This document shows, one piece after another, positions 17,939-26,067 of a DNA stretch of 26,067 bases (within the stretch, counting starts at the first letter, position 1; the number at the start of each line of letters is the position of its first letter). Made by a program: the position numbers and the translations under genes. The notes beneath the pieces were generated by a model. It was not told the origin of the DNA. It worked only from the letters and a program-made list of their open reading frames with translations, and did not search any database. The stretch is from a bacterium (GTDB taxonomy: Bacteria > Bacillota > Clostridia > TANB77 > RGIG9151), in assembly GCA_963635575.1 (NCBI GenBank), contig CAVHFU010000017.1, positions 1 to 26,067 of the forward strand, written 5' to 3'.

Positions 17939-18685
17939 TTATCCTTTTACTATTTCACTAAAATCGTCAACTTTAAGACTTGCTCCCCCGACTAATCCGC
18001 CATCAATGTCTGATGTTGTAAATAATTCATGTGCATTATTAGGCTTTACGCTTCCGCCATATTGGATTCTTACATTTTCAGCCACTTCTTTATTATACAG
18101 TTCTTCAACTACACTTCTAATAAACTTACAAGCTTCATTAGCATCTTCAGAAGAAGCTGTTTTTCCTGTTCCAATTGCCCAAACAGGTTCATACGCAATT
18201 ACCATATTACTTACTGCTTCAGCCGATATATCTTTTAATGCACCTGTTGTTTGTGTTTCTAACACCTTATGAGTAACTCCGCTTTCTCTTTCTTCTAAAG
18301 TTTCTCCAACACACACAATAGGTTTTAGTTCATATTTTAATGCCGCTTTTAATCTATTATTTACAGTTTCATCAGTTTCACCAAAATATTGCCTTCTTTC
18401 GGAATGTCCAATTATAACATATTCAACTCCAGCTTCTTTTAACATTTCTCCGGAAATTTCACCTGTAAATGCTCCATTATCTGCCCAGTGAATGTTTTGG
18501 GCTCCAACTTTGATGTTGGTACCTTTAGTTGCCAAAACTACTGTCGACAAAGATGTAAATGTAGGGCACACAACAACATCTGCCGTAGCATCTTTTACTT
18601 TGTCCTTAAGACCATTTACAAACTCAATTGCTTCAAGTGCTGTTTTGTTCATTTTCCAATTTCCTGCAACAATTTTTTTACGCAT
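17939..18685 (-). CDS. tpiA: Triosephosphate isomerase
   Basis: [15 protein letters not shown] and [23 protein letters not shown] is present. Confidence 0.97.
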   Translation of the reverse strand: MRKKIVAGNWKMNKTALEAIEFVNGLKDKVKDATADVVVCPTFTSLSTVVLATKGTNIKVGAQNIHWADNGAFTGEISGEMLKEAGVEYVIIGHSERRQYFGETDETVNNRLKAALKYELKPIVCVGETLEERESGVTHKVLETQTTGALKDISAEAVSNMVIAYEPVWAIGTGKTASSEDANEACKFIRSVVEELYNKEVAENVRIQYGGSVKPNNAHELFTTSDIDGGLVGGASLKVDDFSEIVKG

Positions 18686-18704
18686 ACTACATTCCTCCTA
18701 AAAT

Positions 18705-18860
18705 TTATTTTCTTTTTTTCATTTTTATCAAAAAAATTACAACTCCCAAAATTGCCATAAAAATTATCACAAAAACTGTTGTCGCTATCGTTTGTGCCAT
18801 AGAAAGGGTATCATATACCGGATTTAGTGCAGTACCTAATATCGAACTTGTTTTACTCAT
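18705..18860 (-). CDS. Small single-pass membrane protein (51 aa), below the length cut-off of the supplied ORF track
   Basis: My hand translation is MSKTSSILGTALNPVYDTLSMAQTIATTVFVIIFMAILGVVIFLIKMKKRK. AAAGGAGA lies 8 nt upstream of the ATG. The ORF fills the pgk-tpiA gap, and the TM segment is followed by a KMKKRK anchor. Confidence 0.5.
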   Translation of the reverse strand: MSKTSSILGTALNPVYDTLSMAQTIATTVFVIIFMAILGVVIFLIKMKKRK

Positions 18861-18910
18861 TACTTACTATCTCCTTTCAATACAAGATATTGACAAAATG
18901 TATTCTTAAC

Positions 18911-20092
18911 TTATTTATTATTCAAGCAATCAATTCCAGGTAATACTTTTCCTTCAATAAATTCTAATGACGCTCCGCCACCTGTAGAAACGTGAGTCAT
19001 TTTATCCGATAGGCCAAATTTTTCAACAGCAGCGGCAGAATCTCCACCACCAATGATTGTTATAGCCTCTGTGTTATCCGCAAGCGCTTGTGCAACTTTA
19101 ATCGTTCCGTTAGCAAAAGTGCTTATTTCAGAGAATCCCATAGGCCCGTTCCAAATAATAGTTTTATATTCACTAATAATCTTTGCAAATTCTTCAGCAG
19201 ACTTTGGTCCAATATCAAGTCCTTCCCAACCATCCGGTATATCATTTGTAGGGACAACTTTAGTCTCAGTGCCTTCTACTATCTCTTTTGCACAAAGTGT
19301 ATCATTAGGTAAATAAACCTTTACTCCCTTTGCTTTTGCCTTTTCTAATATTTCCTTAGCTAAATCTAACTTGTCTGTTTCACAAATAGATTCGCCAACA
19401 TTTCCACCTAAAGCTTTAGTAAATGTATAAGTCATACCTCCACCAATCATTAGAGCATCTACTTTATCTAATAAATTCTCAATCACTCCGATCTTAGAAG
19501 AAACTTTTGCACCACCTAAAATAGCTAAGAATGGTCTTCTTGGGCTTTCTAGGGCATCTCCCATAATTTCGATTTCTTTCTGAATTAAATATCCACATAC
19601 AGCAGGTAAATAGTTAGCTACACCAGCAGTTGAAGCATGTGCACGATGAGCAGTACCAAATGCATCGTTTACATATATTTCAGCAAGAGAAGCAAGTTCT
19701 TTAGCAAATGTAGGGTCATTTGCTTCTTCCTCAGCATGTGTACGAACATTTTCAAGTAACATTACATCTCCGTCTTTTAATTCAGTAACTTTAGCCTTTG
19801 CATCCTCTCCAATTACATCCTTTGCGAATGGGACCTCCCTATTTAAAAGTTCAGATAATCTCTTAGCAACAGGAGCTAATGTTTGCTTATCCTTCGTCTT
19901 TCCTATATGTGAGCAAAGAATTACTTTAGCGTTATGGCTTATTAAATATTTAATTGTAGGTAATGCTTCTGTAATTCTTCTGTCGTCAGTTATCTTTGAC
20001 TTATCATTAACATCTAGAGGCACGTTAAAATCACAACGCACTAAGACTCTTTTTCCACTAACATCAATATCTTCAATAGTTTTTTTATTCAT
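18911..20092 (-). CDS. pgk: Phosphoglycerate kinase
   Basis: 393 aa with [16 protein letters not shown] and [20 protein letters not shown] is present. Confidence 0.97.
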   Translation of the reverse strand: MNKKTIEDIDVSGKRVLVRCDFNVPLDVNDKSKITDDRRITEALPTIKYLISHNAKVILCSHIGKTKDKQTLAPVAKRLSELLNREVPFAKDVIGEDAKAKVTELKDGDVMLLENVRTHAEEEANDPTFAKELASLAEIYVNDAFGTAHRAHASTAGVANYLPAVCGYLIQKEIEIMGDALESPRRPFLAILGGAKVSSKIGVIENLLDKVDALMIGGGMTYTFTKALGGNVGESICETDKLDLAKEILEKAKAKGVKVYLPNDTLCAKEIVEGTETKVVPTNDIPDGWEGLDIGPKSAEEFAKIISEYKTIIWNGPMGFSEISTFANGTIKVAQALADNTEAITIIGGGDSAAAVEKFGLSDKMTHVSTGGGASLEFIEGKVLPGIDCLNNK

Positions 20093-20133
20093 TTTTATTC
20101 CTCCCTAAAAATTAGATTTATTATCCAATTCAA

Positions 20134-20162
20134 AGTCTATCACAACAAAATTATCAAGTCAA
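20134..20162 (-). promoter_or_regulatory. Candidate sigma-A promoter for pgk
   Basis: The minus strand has TTGACT (20157..20162), a 17-nt spacer and TAGACT (20134..20139). Confidence 0.55.
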
Positions 20163-20239
20163 TTAATTCTCAAAGTTATTGTCATACGATATGATTAATT
20201 TTTTCATATAATCTTATTTGCATTTTTTGTACAACAAAA

Positions 20240-23200
20240 TTACATTTCAAACAATGACATTTGATTACTTTGAGGAATTCCTCTTAAGCATCCAAAGTTT
20301 TTAAGTAAATCCATTACCACTTTACCGGCGTGAGACTTTGCTTGAAGTTCATCGATACAATCGAATGTATCCTCATTGACCGTCTTATATATCCCCTCAG
20401 CAGCGACTTCTCCCAGTCCCGGGATACTATTTAATGGTGGCCTTATTCCTTCTTCTTCTACCAAGAACTTTGTGCTGTGGGACTTACGCAAGTCAACATC
20501 TAAGAATTTGATTTTTCTTTCATACATTTCTAGAACCAGTTCCAAAACAGGATACATTTCTTTATCCTTATTTTGTGCTTGATTCCCTTGTTGTTCAATT
20601 TCTTTCATTTTGCATTTTACTTTATCCTTACCAAAGCACATTATATCGTAATCGAATTGTTTAGCTCTTATTGAAAAATATGCGGCATAATAAGCCTTTG
20701 GAATATGTACCTTAAACCACGCAATTCTAAAAGCCATCGTTACATAAGCTGCAGCGTGTGCTTTAGGGAACATATACTTAATTTTCTTACAAGATTCCAT
20801 ATACCATTCCGGGACATTATGTTCACGCATTAGTGCCTCATATTCTTTCCATTTTTCAGGGTCTTTTGTAGCTTTACCCTTACGAACAACCTCCATAATT
20901 TTAAATGCTGAGTTAGGCTCTAATCCGCACTTCATTAAATAAACCATAATGTCATCTCTCGTACAAACCGCTTCGCTAAGGGTTGTTATTCCTTGGTTTA
21001 TAAGGTCTTGAGCATTACCAAGCCAAACATCAGTACCGTGTGATAATCCAGATAATCTAATTAATTCCTCAAATGTTGTAGGTTTTGTGTCAAGTAACAT
21101 TCCTCGGCTAAATTTTGTACCAAATTCCGGTACACCATATGTTCCAACCTCAGAACCAATTTGCTCCGGAGTAACTCCAAGTGCTGTTGTAGAACTAAAA
21201 ATACTCATAGTTTCCTTATCATCCAGTGGAATTGTCTTAGGATCTACCCCTGTTAAATCTTGGAGCATTCTTATAATTGTCGGATCATCGTGACCCAGTA
21301 TATCAAGTTTTAATAAGTTTTGGTCTATTGAGTGATAATCAAAATGCGTAGTTATAATGTCTGAATCAGGGTCGTCTGCCGGATGTTGCACAGGACAAAA
21401 CTCAAATATTTCTCTTCCCTTTGGAACAACTATAATTCCTCCAGGATGCTGACCGGTAGTTCTCTTTATACCAGTACATCCAACCGCGAGTCTCTCTATT
21501 TCAGCATTAGACACTTGCTTTCCACGTTCCTCAAAATAATTTTTAACATATCCATATGCAGTTTTATCAGCCACAGTTCCTATTGTACCTGCTTTAAAAG
21601 TAGTGCCTTTACCAAAAATTACTTCCGTATATCTATGTGCTATGCCTTGATACTCTCCAGAGAAATTTAAGTCTATATCGGGTTCTTTATCTCCATTAAA
21701 TCCCAAGAATGTTTCAAATGGTATATCCATTCCATCCTTGGCAAACTTAGTACCACACTTAGGGCAATTTTTGTCCGGCAAGTCAAATCCATTCTTAACT
21801 CCATAATCAGTAAAGTCTGAAAATTTACAATTTGGACATCTATAATGTGGTTGAAGTGAATTAACCTCAGTAATACCAGTCATATACGCAACAAGCGAAG
21901 AACCAACCGAACCTCTTGAACCTACTAAGTATCCGTCTTCATTAGACTTCCAGACCAATTTTTGTGCAATAATATACATAACTGAGAATCCATTTTTTAT
22001 AATAGAATCCAATTCTTTATCCAATCTGGTTTGAACAATCTCAGGTAGTGGATCGCCATAAAGTTCATGTGCCTTATTATAAGCTATATCCTTAATTGTC
22101 TGTTCGCAACCGTCGATATGAGGCGGACATTTTTCAGGCGAGATAGGTTTTATTTTATCGCACATATTAGCGACCTTATTTGTATTTGTTACAACAACCT
22201 CATAAGCCTTCTCTTCGCCTAAATATTGAAATTCTTTTAACATTTCTTCGGTAGTACGTAAAAATAACGGTGCTTGTTCATCAGCATCTTTATACCCTTG
22301 ACCTGCCTCCAAAATTCTTCTATATATTTCATCTTGTGGATCCATAAAGTGAACATCACAAGTTGCTACGACAAGCTTATTTTGTTTATCGGCTAAATCC
22401 ACAATCTTTTTATTTATTTCTATTAATGTATCCTCCGATTCTACCAAGCCATTTCGTAGCATATATGCATTATTACCAAGAGGTTGAATTTCTAAATAAT
22501 CATAATAAGAGGCAATTTCTTCTATTTCTTCTTCAGGCTTTCCGTCTACTATTGCTCGATAAAGTTCGCCCTCACTACAAGCACTTCCTACTATAAGTCC
22601 TTCTCTTAGTTCCTCTAGCATAGACTTTGGAATTCTTGGTTTCTTATAGAAATAATTTAAATGCGAATAAGAAATCAATTTATATAAATTTTTAAGTCCG
22701 GCATAATTTTTTGCAATAATTATAATATGATAAGAAGGCAATTTTTTATAGTCCATCTTAAATTTATCATCAAAATCATCAATTATAGTAGCTCCTTGTT
22801 CCTTAGCCACATCTATAATTTTATTAAATACCGCAACTAGTGTCTTAACATCGTCTAACGCACGGTGTGCAACATCAACTTTTATGTTTAATGAATCGGC
22901 GATAACTCCTAACTTATACTTCTTTAACTCAGGGAAAATCGCCTTAGAAAGCCTTAATGTATCTATATATGTATTATTTAATTCATATCCATACTTTTTG
23001 AAATTATATTTTAGATATCCAATATCAAAATCGGCATTATGTGCAACAAGTACACTATCCCCTATAAACTCAATTATCTGAGGTATAATCTTATCAATAG
23101 TCTCAGCATCTTTTACCATATCATCTGTTATATGAGTAATCTCAACTACTTCTTGTGGGATTGGCTTTTCAGGATTTACAAATGTTTCAAATGTATCAAT

Positions 23201-24649
23201 AATCTTTCCGTCTTTTATTTTAATAATTCCTACCTCTGTTATTTTTTCAGTAAAGTGTGAAATACCGGTAGTTTCCAAGTCCAATACGCAGTAAGTCGTA
23301 TCAATTTCCTGCTTTTTAGAATCAAATACAGCCGGGTCTTTATCAGGTACAAAATAGCCCTCCACACCATACAAAATCTTTATGTCTGCTCCGGTTTTCT
23401 CTAAATATTTATGTGCCTCTGGAAAACTCTGAACAACCCCATGGTCAGTTATAGCCATCGCTTTCCAACCCCAAGATATTGCGCGTTTTACTAAATCTTC
23501 GCAAGATGTAATTGCATCCATTTGACTCATTTTAGTATGTAAATGTAATTCAACACGTTTTTCTTCTGCTGTATCCATTCTCTTCTCTTCTGGTTGTGAT
23601 GGAACATCAACAACAGTTTTAACTATTACAGTTACTTCTTTCGCAAACTCATCATATCTTGCAGAACCTTCTACTCTTACTGCCTTTGCTTTTTTCAATT
23701 TACCAAATACAACTTCCGAATCATCTTTCTTAGGAAAAAATTTGCAAGTAATTGTACTTGTCCTATCAAATATATTAAATGATACTATATCATTTTGCTT
23801 CTTACCGGAAATCATTTCAGGACTTAGCATACTTCCTTCTAGTACTACTTTTAATTCTTCTCCAGGATTAACTTGTGGTATATTAACAATTTTATAGTAT
23901 TGAGAATTCATCTTTAAACTTGAACCAAATATTATCGGGCTTTCTTCTCCCTTTACTCGTTTTATTTCTTCGAGCTTACTTGTTTCATGATTTTCGGTTG
24001 TTATTTCTGTTAGTTTGGGGCGAGGTACAAAAGTTTTTCCGTCGGATGTAGTCATAGTCTTTTGAGCAGGATTATTCGCTACGTTTTGTGCTGTTTCTTT
24101 ATTACTTTGTTCAACTTGCTCTAAAAGCACTTTTTCTTGAAGCTTTTGCATATTCCTATACTTTTCCTCAAAGTCAGAACTGTCGCCACTTTCAAATTTA
24201 ACAATATAATTTTTATTATACATATTCTTGAAAACACGTTGAAAAAAGACATTCATTTTCTTTGTTTCTAATATGTAAGCTAGTTTATTAACAACACTTA
24301 CAAGTATGTGATTGCCCTCTATTTTTAATTTGCTATGGCCTAATGCACTTGCAACTAATGGTTCACGTCTTCCAACATATCTTATTAAATCTTTCCACAC
24401 TGCTTCAATATTTTGTTCTACTTCTAAATCGTTATATTCTATATTGAATAATGTAAAATTCAAATTAAACTTCTTAATAGCATATTCCTCAAATGAAATC
24501 ATATCATTTAATCCTATAGGGCTACTAGCGATTAGATCAAGTTGCAACACATTTTGTTTTTTATGTAATTTTAACTCTTTAATTTCAGCCGATTTCAAAT
24601 TATTTTCAATTGAATAATCACTAAAAGTCTCCCTCATAAATCTGGACAT
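20240..24649 (-). CDS. polC: DNA polymerase III alpha subunit, PolC type (Gram-positive replicative polymerase with an intrinsic 3'-5' exonuclease)
   Basis: 1469 aa with a split PHP domain (LHLHTKMSQMD), DEDDh exonuclease motifs (VLDLETTG, HNADFDIGYL, HRALDDV), the Zn module CPNC...CPKCG and the Pol III core. Confidence 0.98.
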   Translation of the reverse strand: MSRFMRETFSDYSIENNLKSAEIKELKLHKKQNVLQLDLIASSPIGLNDMISFEEYAIKKFNLNFTLFNIEYNDLEVEQNIEAVWKDLIRYVGRREPLVASALGHSKLKIEGNHILVSVVNKLAYILETKKMNVFFQRVFKNMYNKNYIVKFESGDSSDFEEKYRNMQKLQEKVLLEQVEQSNKETAQNVANNPAQKTMTTSDGKTFVPRPKLTEITTENHETSKLEEIKRVKGEESPIIFGSSLKMNSQYYKIVNIPQVNPGEELKVVLEGSMLSPEMISGKKQNDIVSFNIFDRTSTITCKFFPKKDDSEVVFGKLKKAKAVRVEGSARYDEFAKEVTVIVKTVVDVPSQPEEKRMDTAEEKRVELHLHTKMSQMDAITSCEDLVKRAISWGWKAMAITDHGVVQSFPEAHKYLEKTGADIKILYGVEGYFVPDKDPAVFDSKKQEIDTTYCVLDLETTGISHFTEKITEVGIIKIKDGKIIDTFETFVNPEKPIPQEVVEITHITDDMVKDAETIDKIIPQIIEFIGDSVLVAHNADFDIGYLKYNFKKYGYELNNTYIDTLRLSKAIFPELKKYKLGVIADSLNIKVDVAHRALDDVKTLVAVFNKIIDVAKEQGATIIDDFDDKFKMDYKKLPSYHIIIIAKNYAGLKNLYKLISYSHLNYFYKKPRIPKSMLEELREGLIVGSACSEGELYRAIVDGKPEEEIEEIASYYDYLEIQPLGNNAYMLRNGLVESEDTLIEINKKIVDLADKQNKLVVATCDVHFMDPQDEIYRRILEAGQGYKDADEQAPLFLRTTEEMLKEFQYLGEEKAYEVVVTNTNKVANMCDKIKPISPEKCPPHIDGCEQTIKDIAYNKAHELYGDPLPEIVQTRLDKELDSIIKNGFSVMYIIAQKLVWKSNEDGYLVGSRGSVGSSLVAYMTGITEVNSLQPHYRCPNCKFSDFTDYGVKNGFDLPDKNCPKCGTKFAKDGMDIPFETFLGFNGDKEPDIDLNFSGEYQGIAHRYTEVIFGKGTTFKAGTIGTVADKTAYGYVKNYFEERGKQVSNAEIERLAVGCTGIKRTTGQHPGGIIVVPKGREIFEFCPVQHPADDPDSDIITTHFDYHSIDQNLLKLDILGHDDPTIIRMLQDLTGVDPKTIPLDDKETMSIFSSTTALGVTPEQIGSEVGTYGVPEFGTKFSRGMLLDTKPTTFEELIRLSGLSHGTDVWLGNAQDLINQGITTLSEAVCTRDDIMVYLMKCGLEPNSAFKIMEVVRKGKATKDPEKWKEYEALMREHNVPEWYMESCKKIKYMFPKAHAAAYVTMAFRIAWFKVHIPKAYYAAYFSIRAKQFDYDIMCFGKDKVKCKMKEIEQQGNQAQNKDKEMYPVLELVLEMYERKIKFLDVDLRKSHSTKFLVEEEGIRPPLNSIPGLGEVAAEGIYKTVNEDTFDCIDELQAKSHAGKVVMDLLKNFGCLRGIPQSNQMSLFEM

Positions 24650-24693
24650 TTTTCCACTTCATTCTCCTTTTTAGTTCTCGTAAAAACATATAT

Positions 24694-24722
24694 ATTTTAT
24701 AGAATTAAATCGATAATGTCAA
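24694..24722 (-). promoter_or_regulatory. Candidate sigma-A promoter for polC
   Basis: The minus strand has TTGACA (24717..24722), a 17-nt spacer and TAAAAT (24694..24699). Confidence 0.55.
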
Positions 24723-24747
24723 AGCAAAAAAACGGAAATTTAAAGCA

Positions 24748-24773
24748 AAAAGCTCGGCAAAAACCGAGCTTTT
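24748..24773 (-). terminator. Rho-independent terminator after the 183-aa gene
   Basis: The minus strand reads AAAAGCTCGG-TTTTTG-CCGAGCTTTT, then TGCTTT. Confidence 0.8.
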
Positions 24774-24777
24774 AAGC

Positions 24778-25329
24778 TTAATTATTTTCCTTTGTTTTAT
24801 TTTTTTCTACTAGTTGTTCTACAATTTCCTTGTAGTGTCTCTTCTCTGCTTTCTTTTCCTTCATATACTTCTCAACAGAGTCGATGATAAACTTGTCATC
24901 TACATTTTTCCTATCAAGTTCGTTTTCTGAATAGCAAATTTCAACACAAGCTTTCATTTTGACATACGGAGAGGTCATAAAATTTTCTGTGTAATAAAGC
25001 TTTGCAATTTCTTCCATCAAATCCGTAATTTCGATAATTGTATATCTTAATTCAAGTTCCTCGATGGAAAATTCCTTACCACTATTTAATCTCCAAACAA
25101 GCTTAGGATACCAATCCCCTTCTTCGTCTGCAAGAGTCATTTGCGTAATAGGAGAAATTGCCATCCATTTTCCGCAGAAATTAATTCCATACTGCTCTTG
25201 CAACTGGAAAAATCTCGCTCTTCCTGCATCAGTAACCATTTTTACGATAAAATAGTCCCTAATAGGCAAACCGAATTCAGTATGTCCGATACAACCTGCG
25301 TTTGCACCCTTGTAAAACTTACGTGCCAT
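24778..25329 (-). CDS. Hypothetical protein, GCIGHT/PIRDYFIV-motif family (inner, AT-rich paralogue)
   Basis: 183 aa with RBS AAGGAGGA. It shares AGCIGHT..G.PIRDYFIV, GKE, L..RY.I.E.TDL and SPYV blocks with 25567..26067. It has its own promoter, leader and terminator. Confidence 0.8.
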   Translation of the reverse strand: MARKFYKGANAGCIGHTEFGLPIRDYFIVKMVTDAGRARFFQLQEQYGINFCGKWMAISPITQMTLADEEGDWYPKLVWRLNSGKEFSIEELELRYTIIEITDLMEEIAKLYYTENFMTSPYVKMKACVEICYSENELDRKNVDDKFIIDSVEKYMKEKKAEKRHYKEIVEQLVEKNKTKENN

Positions 25330-25425
25330 TATATTGTCCTCCTTGACATATATAAATTAAAATTTATACTCGGAGGCTTTCACCTTCGAGTATTCCCTCG
25401 AAGGTATGCAAAAAACTACCTTCCA
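25330..25425 (-). promoter_or_regulatory. Structured 5' leader with a chain of mutually exclusive helices ending at the SD
   Basis: RNA segments are GAAGGUA (25417..25423), UACCUUCGAG (25396..25405), UACUCGAAGGU (25382..25392), CCUCCGAGUA (25367..25376) and SD GGAGG (25338..25342). Each segment can pair with its neighbour. Confidence 0.4.
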
Positions 25426-25429
25426 TACC

Positions 25430-25458
25430 ATTTTATCACATTATGTAAATTACTGCAA
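25430..25458 (-). promoter_or_regulatory. Extended -10 sigma-A promoter for the 183-aa gene
   Basis: The minus strand has TTGCAG (25453..25458), a 17-nt spacer ending in TGA, and TAAAAT (25430..25435). Confidence 0.6.
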
Positions 25459-25538
25459 TCATTTTTATAGAATTTTTGATTTTTATGATTAATTTTTAAT
25501 AAAAATAGATAAAAGCAAAAATTTCGGGTCAAAAAATA

Positions 25539-25558
25539 AGCCTAGCTTTCGCTAGGCT
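25539..25558 (-). terminator. Rho-independent terminator after the outer paralogue
   Basis: The minus strand reads AGCCTAGC-GAAA-GCTAGGCT, followed by TATTTTTT. Confidence 0.8.
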
Positions 25559-25566
25559 CATTCTCG

Positions 25567-26067
25567 TTATCTTTCCCTCTCTTTCTCATCTCTTGGTGGA
25601 TAGATGAACTCTTTTACGGCCTGGATTATCGCCCAATCTTCCGGATTGTCAGGATCTAGCATCCTTTCTGAAGAAAACTCTAAGAGGATGCGATTCACAT
25701 ACGGGCTATCTGAACCAAGCCGACGTGCAAGGGCCGCGTTTCCCTTAACCAAATCCGTCATCTCGGTGATCTCGTATCTAACCGTCAAATCCTTAAGCGG
25801 AATTTCCTTTCCCGCTTTGATATAAACGGGCTCATAATACGGCGGGTCGTCATAATTATTGCGGTAAACTTTAGCGAGTTCGACTTTCTTCCAAACGCCG
25901 TTTTCTACAATGCCATATATTTTATGGACTTGGAAATAATCGCCGTCTTGAAAGTCGTTGCGAGGCACCACTCGTACGATAAAGTAATCGCGAATCGGAT
26001 AGCCATTCGCCGTGTGTCCAATGCAACCTGCCTCATAGCCACAATAACATCTTGTCATCTCTTCCAT
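25567..26067 (-). CDS. Hypothetical protein, GCIGHT/PIRDYFIV-motif family (outer, GC-rich paralogue). The 5' end is at the window edge.
   Basis: The ORF reaches the last base of the window. Alignment with the inner paralogue suggests the ATG at 26058 (MTRCYCGYEAGCIGHT) may be the start. Upstream sequence is not visible. Confidence 0.8.
   Translation of the reverse strand: MEEMTRCYCGYEAGCIGHTANGYPIRDYFIVRVVPRNDFQDGDYFQVHKIYGIVENGVWKKVELAKVYRNNYDDPPYYEPVYIKAGKEIPLKDLTVRYEITEMTDLVKGNAALARRLGSDSPYVNRILLEFSSERMLDPDNPEDWAIIQAVKEFIYPPRDEKERER

Noticed and set aside
18861-18910. Possible hairpin AATACA-N14-TGTATT between pgk and the 51-aa ORF as a terminator
   Set aside because: It has only 6 A/T-rich base pairs, a 14-nt loop and no U-tract. 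That is too weak to call.
20225-20242. Palindrome TTGTACAA just after the polC stop as a terminator
   Set aside because: It has only about 4 bp per arm with no loop and no stable stem. I therefore call no polC terminator.
25440-25535. Very AT-rich tract with near-palindromic ATTTTTAATAAAAAT upstream of the 183-aa gene promoter
   Set aside because: It is probably just UP-element-like AT-rich spacer between a terminator and a promoter. The symmetry is imperfect and low-complexity.
1031-25825. All plus-strand ORFs in the supplied track (for example 1031..1450, 3573..4001, 14275..14676, 17904..18272, 18628..18909, 24312..24617, 25141..25470)
   Set aside because: Each lies antisense to, and inside, a well-supported minus-strand gene. 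They have no SD sequences. Their compositions are S/F/I/L-rich and low-complexity, as expected for shadow frames of AT-rich coding DNA.
1-26067. Search for CRISPR arrays, tRNA/rRNA genes, IS elements, integrases or prophage genes
   Set aside because: I found no regularly spaced direct repeats, no cloverleaf-capable intergenic segment and no transposase- or integrase-like ORF. The uniform minus-strand orientation is the normal leading-strand bias of PolC-containing Firmicutes.

Overview
This is a low-GC, Firmicutes-type chromosomal segment, indicated by PolC, a T-box leader and strong AGGAGG ribosome-binding sites. Every gene I can support lies on the minus strand. No rRNA, tRNA, CRISPR array, transposase or integrase is visible.

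In transcription order (high to low coordinates) the window contains:
1. Two divergent tandem paralogues of an unrecognised protein family (25567..26067 and 24778..25329). Each has its own terminator, and the outer copy is much more GC-rich.
2. polC.
3. An apparently single long operon: pgk, a 51-aa TM ORF, tpiA, a 165-aa ORFan, gpmI, a 435-aa membrane-anchored ORFan, secD and secF. It ends at a terminator at 12270..12297.
4. A terminator-bracketed three-gene ORFan cassette (453 aa, 81 aa, about 95-109 aa).
5. A T-box-controlled valS operon that also carries an SGNH/DltD-like protein and a small acyl-carrier-like protein.
6. A MacB/FtsX-type ABC transporter followed by an OmpR-type response regulator and a histidine kinase.

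The candidates for something undescribed, none of which I can assign to a known family from sequence alone, are:
- the three-gene cassette between secF and valS;
- the tandem GCIGHT-motif paralogues, with a multi-hairpin 5' leader and a compositional jump;
- the carrier-protein/SGNH pair co-transcribed with valS;
- the ORFans interleaved in the glycolysis-sec operon.

All functional ideas about these are inference.
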